Below, one piece after another: positions 53,669 to 64,000 of a stretch of 64,000 bases of DNA (the stretch's first letter is position 1; each line of letters starts with the position of its first letter). The DNA is from an uncultured bacterium (GTDB taxonomy: Bacteria; Fidelibacterota; Marinisomatia; Marinisomatales; UBA1611): contig CALSPG010000005.1 in NCBI GenBank assembly GCA_943788175.1, forward strand, positions 32,001-96,000, given 5' to 3'. The position numbers and the translations under genes are program-made. The notes under the pieces were generated by a model. That model was not told the origin of the DNA, did not search any database, and saw only the letters and a list, made by a program, of their open reading frames with translations.

Positions 53669-56577
53669 AAATTTTATTTACAGTAGTTATTATTACCTTA
53701 AACTTTTGTTTTTCTCAAGGCGCTTGGATGTTAAGTAATCGTACGCACCCAGAACTTGAATGGGCGACAATAAAGACAAAGAATTTTAATATACACTACC
53801 ATGATGATATTTACGATATTGCTTTAAAAGGAGCAAATATAGCAGAAAAAGTAAGACCAATTTTGATGAAGCAAGTTGGCTTAGATTCTCTAATAAGACT
53901 TGACATTGTTTTCACTTCAGAGGATGAAATAATGAATGGTTTTGCAGTCCCAGCTAATTATACTGTTATATGGGTAGATCAAAATGATGTTGCTGTTTGG
54001 AATGAGGGTGAAAAGTGGTTAAGAACAGTTCTTGCTCATGAGCTTCAACATCTTATTTATTTTAACGTTATTAAATCATGGCTACCGTTCCCAATGAATC
54101 AATTGTACGGAGGTGCACCAGCTTGGGTCGTTGAAGGTTTAGCTGAATATTTTACGGAGCAATGGAGACCATTAAGGTTTGATATTTCTCATAAGTACCA
54201 TACCCTTAAAAACTCATTACATAAAATACAAGATCCTCATAATGATGGTTTTTCGAAAGTTCTTTATTTTGCAGATAAATATGGTGATCAAAAACTTGTT
54301 CAAATCTTAAATCACAGAGATAGTTTAAAACTATTCAATTTTCCTCAAGCTTTTGAAATGCATACGGGAGTTACTATTAAGCAGTTTGAAGAAGATTGGC
54401 GTAGACAAATGAGTACATATTATTACGGATTGAGATCTCAAAAAGAAACGTATGGGGATGTGGGTAAAACGTATGCATTACCTATGAAAGATGTTTATGG
54501 TTTTGATTGGTTCAAGGGAGACTCTACAAAAATTTTAATGGTCGGTAAATTAAATAAAAATCAGAGAGATTTATCTTTAGTATTGGCAATTAGAGATACA
54601 AGTAAAGAAAGAGCTAGAAGAAAAAACCTTTTAGAAAAAGGAGAAAAAATAACAAAAAAGAACACTAGACCATTATGGAAACTTAAAGAGATTGATTATG
54701 GTAGAATTTCAAATTTTGTAAAAGTATCACCTGATGGCTCAAAAATCCTTTATTCAAAATATGGATTTGGTGAAAATCAATCACTCACCTGGGATGTTTA
54801 CTACCATAATATTGATTTAAAAAAGAACGAAAGAGTAACAAGATCTAAAAGAGCTAGTAACGCTTGCTGGTCACCGGATAGTAAAAGCATTGCCTTTGTT
54901 GCACATAAAAACAGCTCTTCAAATTTGTATATTACATCATTAAGTGATATCAGTAATGTTAGGAGAATAACTAATTATTCTGGGGATGTTCAAATCGTAA
55001 CCCCTGCGTGGAGTCCGGATGGTAAAAGCATAGCCTTTGCTTTATCAAAAGAGGATGGGAATATGGATATTGTTGTTTTTGATTTAGAAAGAAAAGAACC
55101 GATTAGGATAACGAAAGATAAGCAAGTGGACTACCTACCTGTCTGGCATCCTAGTGGTAACAAAATCACATATACATCCCACTCGAATATGACTCCTAAT
55201 TTTTATACTGTTGATATAAAAACGTCACAAATAATTCAAAATACGAATGTAGGTGGCTTTGTCTCTAGTGTTGGTTGGAAATTTGATAATTCAGCTATTA
55301 CAGGTATGACTTTAGGTGATGTTGATTCTTCAAGGGTAGTGGATATCTTCCCTAATAGATTAGCTAATATTGATGAAATTAAGATGAATCCTAAATTCTC
55401 AAGTTGGAAAAATAAGACTCCTGATATTTCCATACCAAACCTTGATTCTATTCCTGATATTATTGATAGCCTGGAATCAATAAAATATTCTTCACTTAGA
55501 AACATAAAGCACTTTGCAACGATTATAATTCCCGATATTACTGGATTAGTCTACAATGGTGCTTATGCTGATGCAACTGGACGAGAGATGTTCCAATCAT
55601 TTGTTTTTAGTGATTGGAAAAATATCGCTGGTGGGTTCGGTTATTTAAATGCAACCGGAAAACCAATAGGTGGTTTTTGGGGTTTTAATTATTACAAAGA
55701 TATATTTTTTAAAGAAAGAACATATAATAAAGATAAGGGCTCTTTAATTGAATTTTATAATGGTGTGGAATTGTTTGGTTATCAGAATTATAATTTTGGT
55801 AGAAGGATTTCGAGCAATCATAATTTAAAATATTCATTAACATTTTTTAATCGTGAAGTAACCTATCAGCCAGATAGTTTAGATGTTTTTCAAGAACTTG
55901 TTCCGCAAAGTGGAGAAGAAGGTGCTTTTTCTATTTCATATACATTCGTGAATAAAAGGCCGGAACTGAATGGTGTTTTAATGCCTCGGAATGGATATGG
56001 TCTAAGACTATCCACCAAGTTCATCGATGAAAAAATTTGGGGTGATTTCACCTATAATTATTACGAATTAGATTCTTATATAAATCAAAAAGTTGGTCCA
56101 TTTACTTTTTATTCTAGAGCAAGGTATGAGAATATTTCAGGATCACCTCCTAATCAAGAGACAACTGGCTTAGTTGATATTCCAACTAATTACTTTGCTG
56201 GGCAGATTATTCTTGGTAAAGAGCATATGAGTCCTCGAGGATATACTGGTTCTATTTTGGGAAGTAGTGCTTTTATTGGTACAGCAGAATTTAGAAGTCC
56301 TCTAATTAATTTAAATATTATCCAAATTTTAAAAATTATTAAAGCTGGTAAAATATCATTTTCTATGATATCTGATTATGGAAAAGTTTGGGGTTCTGAG
56401 AATGAAAACTGGGTAGTTACGGCAGGCATAGAAAGTAGGATTTCATTACTAATTGGCAATTTTCCGCTTTTAGTTTATAGTGCAGGAATTGCACAGACGA
56501 CTAATGATTGGTCAAAAAACCCAGATGCTAAAAATGTGGATCCTTACTTTAGATTAGCTTTAATCAATCCTTTTTAA
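53665..56577 (+). CDS. Secreted protein: gluzincin-like peptidase domain + PD40/TolB-like propeller + probable C-terminal beta-barrel
   Basis: Signal peptide; LAHELQH...WVVEGLAEY; repeated SPDG/WSPD/WHPSG; C-terminal AEFR.P, DYG.VW and terminal Phe. Confidence 0.75.
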   Translation: MKILFTVVIITLNFCFSQGAWMLSNRTHPELEWATIKTKNFNIHYHDDIYDIALKGANIAEKVRPILMKQVGLDSLIRLDIVFTSEDEIMNGFAVPANYTVIWVDQNDVAVWNEGEKWLRTVLAHELQHLIYFNVIKSWLPFPMNQLYGGAPAWVVEGLAEYFTEQWRPLRFDISHKYHTLKNSLHKIQDPHNDGFSKVLYFADKYGDQKLVQILNHRDSLKLFNFPQAFEMHTGVTIKQFEEDWRRQMSTYYYGLRSQKETYGDVGKTYALPMKDVYGFDWFKGDSTKILMVGKLNKNQRDLSLVLAIRDTSKERARRKNLLEKGEKITKKNTRPLWKLKEIDYGRISNFVKVSPDGSKILYSKYGFGENQSLTWDVYYHNIDLKKNERVTRSKRASNACWSPDSKSIAFVAHKNSSSNLYITSLSDISNVRRITNYSGDVQIVTPAWSPDGKSIAFALSKEDGNMDIVVFDLERKEPIRITKDKQVDYLPVWHPSGNKITYTSHSNMTPNFYTVDIKTSQIIQNTNVGGFVSSVGWKFDNSAITGMTLGDVDSSRVVDIFPNRLANIDEIKMNPKFSSWKNKTPDISIPNLDSIPDIIDSLESIKYSSLRNIKHFATIIIPDITGLVYNGAYADATGREMFQSFVFSDWKNIAGGFGYLNATGKPIGGFWGFNYYKDIFFKERTYNKDKGSLIEFYNGVELFGYQNYNFGRRISSNHNLKYSLTFFNREVTYQPDSLDVFQELVPQSGEEGAFSISYTFVNKRPELNGVLMPRNGYGLRLSTKFIDEKIWGDFTYNYYELDSYINQKVGPFTFYSRARYENISGSPPNQETTGLVDIPTNYFAGQIILGKEHMSPRGYTGSILGSSAFIGTAEFRSPLINLNIIQILKIIKAGKISFSMISDYGKVWGSENENWVVTAGIESRISLLIGNFPLLVYSAGIAQTTNDWSKNPDAKNVDPYFRLALINPF

Positions 56578-57281
56578 TTCAATAACCCTTTTCGGTTTAT
56601 CGAAATATATATGGTTATTGGATCGATTCTAAATCGATTACTGCTCTCTGTATATACTTCTCTATCAATACCGATTACAGAACTCCAGTTTTCATTTATT
56701 AGAAATTGAAATTCTACTATTGTTTGAAATCTAGATAAATTGAATAAAACAATTTCTGATATTTGATGGTAGTATTCAAGTTCCGCTTTCGTTTTGACTT
56801 TGTTAAAATCCCTATCGATTGTAATGGCGCTTTTTAAGTATGTCGTTTTTTCATCACTTTCTATGAAATCTGATTTATCATATGCCCAACCAATTTCTGA
56901 AGTAATATTACCCTGAAGTTCATCTTTAATAAGAGCGCCAAGGCCTTGATTAAAATGATATCTTAAATTTTCTCCAGACTTATGATAAACGTATGTAGTA
57001 AAATGATAAAGTCTTGAGTTAAAATCATATTTATTACTTGATTTTGACCTTATTCTAACATCTGAAACTGATTTGAAAAAGTGTGCATATATTCTCAAAT
57101 CTCTAAAAGTATTATCATTAACCCTTTTTATTCTATAAAAAGAGGATAAGCCGGTTTGATTTATTTCAGTATTACTAACTACTCCAAGCCGAACAAAATT
57201 ATTCCAAACAATATTTTTTTCTTCTGGGTTATGAGCGAAAAGGTATGATAATGCAAATAAAAAGACTCTCTTTTTAATCAT
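56574..57281 (-). CDS. Hypothetical secreted/outer-membrane protein
   Basis: Signal-peptide-like N-terminus; alternating, aromatic-rich segments suggest beta strands. Confidence 0.55.
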   Translation of the reverse strand: MIKKRVFLFALSYLFAHNPEEKNIVWNNFVRLGVVSNTEINQTGLSSFYRIKRVNDNTFRDLRIYAHFFKSVSDVRIRSKSSNKYDFNSRLYHFTTYVYHKSGENLRYHFNQGLGALIKDELQGNITSEIGWAYDKSDFIESDEKTTYLKSAITIDRDFNKVKTKAELEYYHQISEIVLFNLSRFQTIVEFQFLINENWSSVIGIDREVYTESSNRFRIDPITIYISINRKGLLN

Positions 57282-58042
57282 TGTTTAATTCTTTTACCAG
57301 ACTGCATCATAATTAATGCTAGGCTAGTAAATAATATCGTTAACAATATTGCCATCCAAAGACTTGTGCTAACTGGAGAATCACTTTTTTCTAAAATTGT
57401 ATATCTAATACCATTTATCATATAATAAATAGGATTTAGAAAACTAAGGCTTTGAGCCCAGTTTGGGAGCATATTAATCGAGTAAAAAACTCCACCTAAA
57501 AAGCTTAAAGGCGTTAGAAAAAAGTTCTGGATCATTGCAAGTTGGTCCCAGCTTTCTGCAATCTGCCCCATTACTAATCCCATGCTAGAAAATGCCCATG
57601 ATACTAGAAATATAAAAAGTAAAGTTCCTGCAATATCATGTACTGGCAAATCAATTAGAACTATACCTACAATTAAGACTAAGATCCCATTAACCATGCC
57701 TCTCACAGTACCTCCAATAATATAAGCAAGTGCAATTTCAAAACCGGAAAGAGGAGCAGTCAAAAGATCAGGAAGCTGTTGTAAAAGTTTCATTTGTAAC
57801 ATTGAAGATGAGGTGTTAGATGAGGCATTTGTAAGGGTATTCATCATAATTAAACCAGGTAAAATAAACATGGTATATGATATACCTTGAATTTCAGATA
57901 TTCTTTGTTCTAAGGTGAATCCAAATATTAAAATATACAAAACAGAAGAGATCAGTCCTGGGATGACTGTTTGGCGATAAACAGAAAAAAACCTACCCAC
58001 TTCTCTACTTGTTAATGTGTATAGCCCAACCCAGTTAATCAT
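57278..58042 (-). CDS. ABC-2 type transporter permease (YadH-like)
   Basis: REVGRF, FILPGLIMM, LTPLSFLGGVFYS and NPIYYMINGIRY motifs. Confidence 0.9.
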   Translation of the reverse strand: MINWVGLYTLTSREVGRFFSVYRQTVIPGLISSVLYILIFGFTLEQRISEIQGISYTMFILPGLIMMNTLTNASSNTSSSMLQMKLLQQLPDLLTAPLSGFEIALAYIIGGTVRGMVNGILVLIVGIVLIDLPVHDIAGTLLFIFLVSWAFSSMGLVMGQIAESWDQLAMIQNFFLTPLSFLGGVFYSINMLPNWAQSLSFLNPIYYMINGIRYTILEKSDSPVSTSLWMAILLTILFTSLALIMMQSGKRIKQ

Positions 58043-58056
58043 AACTAACTTTGATT

Positions 58057-58998
58057 TTATTCATTGATACTCTTACCTGTCAAATTCAAAAAAACATCTT
58101 CTAATGAAGAAGTTTCAGTTTTGATACTGTGGATAGCAATATTTTTTGAAGACAGTTCGTGAATTATTTTTGGTATAGCTAATTCTGGATTTTTAACACT
58201 GAAATGAACTCTTGAATCTTCAACAGTATATTCTTGATCTAAAGTAGGAATTTTTAAATCATTAATATTAGTATTTTTTGATAATTGAACTGTAACACCC
58301 GATTTACCTAATTCTTCTGTAAGTGCCTTTGGAGACCCTTCTTTTAAAATTTTCCCTTCATCTATGATTGATACATTTTCGCAAAGTAATTCAGCTTCCT
58401 CAATGTAATGAGTTGTTAGGAGTATAGTTTTTCCTTTGCTATGAAGTTCTCTAAGGTAGTTCCATAGCTCATGACGGAGTTCGACATCCACACCAGCAGT
58501 AGGCTCATCAAGGATTAAGATATCTGGATCATGCACTAATGCCTTTGCAATTTGAAACCGTCTTTTCATACCTCCTGATAATTGGCGAAGTTTAGAATTT
58601 CTCTTTTTTTCTAAACCAAGTTTATTTAGAAGTTCATGAATTTTTGATTTAGCATCAATTCGATTAATTCCATAATAACCAGCTTGGAAGTATAATAGTT
58701 TTTCAATACTGAAAAACCAGTCCAGAGATAGTTCCTGTGCTGCAATACCTATTTTAGATCTTGTCTCACGATAATCAACGACTGTATCTTTTCCAAAAAC
58801 GAGACAATTGCCACTATCCTTAAAAACTAAGCCAGTAAGAATATTGATTGTTGTAGTTTTCCCTGCCCCATTTGGCCCCAGTAATCCAAAAAATTCCCCA
58901 TTAGAAATGTTTACGTTTACGCCATTTAGTGCATGAACATTTTTGTAGGATTTTTTAAGATTACTAATTTGTATGGCAAAATTGTTCATAAAGGACAA
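58057..58998 (-). CDS. ABC transporter ATP-binding protein (YadG-like)
   Basis: GPNGAGKTT, LSGGMKRR, ILDEPTAGVD and TTHY motifs. Confidence 0.93.
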   Translation of the reverse strand: MSFMNNFAIQISNLKKSYKNVHALNGVNVNISNGEFFGLLGPNGAGKTTTINILTGLVFKDSGNCLVFGKDTVVDYRETRSKIGIAAQELSLDWFFSIEKLLYFQAGYYGINRIDAKSKIHELLNKLGLEKKRNSKLRQLSGGMKRRFQIAKALVHDPDILILDEPTAGVDVELRHELWNYLRELHSKGKTILLTTHYIEEAELLCENVSIIDEGKILKEGSPKALTEELGKSGVTVQLSKNTNINDLKIPTLDQEYTVEDSRVHFSVKNPELAIPKIIHELSSKNIAIHSIKTETSSLEDVFLNLTGKSINE

Positions 58999-59313
58999 TT
59001 AAAATCCAATTTCTGAATCAAAGGGACTTGGAAAATCAAAACCTTCTGATCCGGGGAAGTGAGCGATAGAAACAATAAACCCCCATGGAATCAATATAGA
59101 TGCTTCCACTTTTTGAGTAGTATTTTTTGTTGTTGAGTTCGATTTTGGTATCTTAAACTGAGGTTGATAAATCCAGATTCCGTGCCCATCATAACCTTTT
59201 ACGCGAGCAAAAATTTTGTCACTTTCAATCCCAATTTTTTTAAGTGGCTCATGCCCTTCCAATATTATGAGTATTATATCGCCAACTACTTCTTCAATGT
59301 TCATCATATTCAT
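58999..59313 (-). CDS. Hypothetical protein, possible Sm/LSm (Hfq-like) fold
   Basis: ARVKGYDGHGIWI resembles the Sm1 motif and SILIPWGFIVSI resembles Sm2. Confidence 0.55.
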   Translation of the reverse strand: MNMMNIEEVVGDIILIILEGHEPLKKIGIESDKIFARVKGYDGHGIWIYQPQFKIPKSNSTTKNTTQKVEASILIPWGFIVSIAHFPGSEGFDFPSPFDSEIGF

Positions 59314-59363
59314 TGCATAAATTAATGTATTATAGCTTAATAGTAATTATACAAAATTAGTAT

Positions 59364-61818
<2,455 letters not shown>

Positions 61819-61825
<7 letters not shown>

Positions 61826-62337
61826 AATTTCCCATCAATACTGTGGTAATTCATTTTCAGTTTGTCAATTTGTTTTTCTTTTAAATTGTACACTGTACAT
61901 GTGTCATAAGGGTTTGCATAAATGTGAAGGGTTATGACAGGTTTATTGCTACAGTTTTCTATTGAATGAATATCTGCTGGTCCATCTAGATAGCCTTCTG
62001 ATGCAGTAATTTTTTCTTCAAGACTGAGTTTTAAGGGAGCTAAAGATTTAATTGAGTAGTTACTAATTTTTAAGCTCCCGTTAATCACTTTAAACCAGCA
62101 TTTTTCTCCCTCGTGCCCATGTATAGGCGCCATTTGATTCGGTAGCCAGCATAATAAGATTATTTCAAAATCATCATTTCTAAATATTCTATTTCTTGTA
62201 TACATAGATTTACTAAAGTGAGAATATTTTTTTATGATATTTTCTTGAATATCACTATTCAAAATAGTTGATGAAACGTCTTTTACTGGGAAGTCATAAA
62301 GACTATGTTTTTTTAGTTGGCTAATTAATGATTTCAT
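61819..62337 (-). CDS. Cysteine dioxygenase type I family (cupin)
   Basis: YTRN, LLCW.P.Q..PIHGH, IHSIEN and TLHIY motifs. Confidence 0.82.
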
Positions 62338-62803
62338 TACTCTTTTCCATATTAAAAGTAGACCAATTTTCTATTTTTCTTTGCGTAATGCTATTACTTA
62401 AACAATCTTTCATCCAAGCACTTTTAGTTATTTCACTTTTGATAAAATATTTGATGGCACAACTAGCATCGCTTTCATAACTAGAAGGCACATCTAGTTC
62501 GTTGTTATGAGCAAGTATGATGAATTTAGAAATTGTCTTCTTTGAATATTGTCCAACTTCGGATAGTGCATTCATTGCTTCAAAAATATAGTTTATATTG
62601 TTAGAGTTCAATTCAATTTCTAGTTGAAGAACGATTCCTTCTTTATTTTCATAAAAATGTATTCCAAGTACCTCTAAAGTAGATGTATTTGAGTTATACT
62701 TATAATCGAGAATCGTTTTAATCTGTTTTTCACTATATATGGGCTTTATATCTGCTGCATATGGAGAACAGAGTAGTATTAATATTGTTAAAATAACGTT
62801 CAT
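62321..62803 (-). CDS. Hypothetical secreted protein
   Basis: Signal-peptide-like start; overlaps both neighbours. Confidence 0.55.
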   Translation of the reverse strand: MNVILTILILLCSPYAADIKPIYSEKQIKTILDYKYNSNTSTLEVLGIHFYENKEGIVLQLEIELNSNNINYIFEAMNALSEVGQYSKKTISKFIILAHNNELDVPSSYESDASCAIKYFIKSEITKSAWMKDCLSNSITQRKIENWSTFNMEKSNEIIN

Positions 62804-63748
62804 TTTTTTTGTTTACTTATTAATATTATACCAAACAATAAAAGTAAACATACGAAAAGAACGGATGTTTTCTGAATTTTTTTCTTTGAGGTTACCACAG
62901 AACTAGCATGTAAATCATAGTTATCAGCCAATAATGAATCTAATCCGAATTTCCAAATTAAGGTGTCTGCATTCATTGACATCGCATTGCCGGAGATTGC
63001 TTCACCCGGTAATAATAATTTTATTATAAAGTTATCATCTTTTAATCCCAGAGAAGATTTTAAGCGATCTTCATGCGCTTTCATTTTTTTCGATAAAGAT
63101 GTTCGAAAACTTTTGACTTACTTTGAATGGTCTCAATGTATTGTGAATGAAAACAGTTCTATTATCTTGAATATTTTTCAATTCATCAAAAGTTGAAACT
63201 CTAGAGAATGAATTTTTAAAGTGATTAACCAATCTAGGTCTATTTATTTTTTCTTCTTTGTAAATGTCATTTGCTTCTAAATCAGTAAGCGCTTTATCTA
63301 TAATTACCGTTAATGCTTCTGGTAGCCATAAAAGACTATCTAATTTATTATTCATTATTGCGTTGTAAAGAATTGGGTACTCATTTTGTATATTTCTGCC
63401 AATAAACCTCATTTTAAAACTATTTATTTTTGAAATAGATTTAATTTTTTGTTGAAAATTAAAATCAAAGCCTAAACTATGTTTGGGATTGAAATTAAAC
63501 ATTGAATCTTTTATAACTAGATGAGATATAGTTTTCCAAACTGAGTCAGTTTTAATTAATTCATATGAGCTATTTTTATCATTAAAAGGTGGGTGCTCAA
63601 AATCATTATCGAGTATATCTGTAGAATCTCCAATACTTGTAATCCTCAAGTATGTTTTGCCATCCGGTAGTATTTGAATAAAAATTTCGTTCTCGACACA
63701 AGACATGCTTATAAAAATAATTAATAATATGGAGAATTTTATTTTCAC
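62800..63748 (-). pseudogene. Hypothetical lipoprotein with C-terminal TM anchor, split by an apparent frameshift near 63085
   Basis: GTG 63748 gives MKIKFSILLIIFISMSC (lipobox-like). ORFs 63071-63862 and 62800-63084 overlap at an A7 run and join if one base is removed. Confidence 0.55.
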
Positions 63749-63824
63749 GTTACAATATGAATTTACGAAGTAATTATTTATTAGGGGAGTTGCGCAAATC
63801 ATATAATTAATGTTATTTTTATAT

Positions 63825-64000
63825 ATGCTTATAAACTTATTGAGAAGCACTACCCTTGCCATTTTATTATTTGTTCCTCAATTATTTTCTCAAAAAACAG
63901 ATCAACATACTTTCATTGTTAATACTGATCATGGTTTTATTGACTATGCTAATAGAATAATTGTTTGTAGGGGGACATCTGAAATTGAAGAAAAAACTCC
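63825..64000 (+). CDS. Hypothetical secreted protein, 5' end (runs off the right edge)
   Basis: Manual translation from ATG 63825: MLINLLRSTTLAILLFVPQLFSQKTDQHTF...; open to the window end with a signal-peptide-like start. Confidence 0.55.
   Translation, partial: MLINLLRSTTLAILLFVPQLFSQKTDQHTFIVNTDHGFIDYANRIIVCRGTSEIEEKT

Noticed and set aside
63749-63862. N-terminal extension of ORF 63071-63862
   Set aside because: Overlaps a divergent + strand gene starting at 63825; GTG 63748 gives a cleaner lipoprotein signal.

Overview
AT-rich bacterial chromosomal segment made mostly of housekeeping genes: purL (partial), purA, mgtE, proS, recO, eno, murI, folC, rho, rpmE2, prfA, prmC, dnaE, dtd and ligA. 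Gene content (archaeal/eukaryote-type ProRS, a T9SS-like C-terminal sorting domain plus PorV-like protein, a dockerin-like tail) suggests an FCB-group bacterium, plausibly Ca. Marinimicrobia; this is inference. I saw no rRNA, tRNA, CRISPR array, IS element or prophage. Main points of interest: (1) a stand-alone Cas6b-like gene between rho and aspC, with no HNH-type catalytic motif, a long charged tail and no cas genes or array nearby; (2) a TonB receptor + 1303-aa CTD protein + PorV-like operon with codon usage suggesting high expression and a structured leader, followed by a dockerin-bearing enzyme; (3) Na+-type MotA/MotB stator genes overlapping an Ig/PKD-repeat surface protein, with no flagellar genes in the window; (4) a hairpin-punctuated pair of paralogous ~70-aa membrane proteins; (5) a possible Sm/Hfq-fold protein and a candidate sRNA; (6) an AroQ homologue lacking catalytic residues. 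Several homopolymer indels point to sequencing error.
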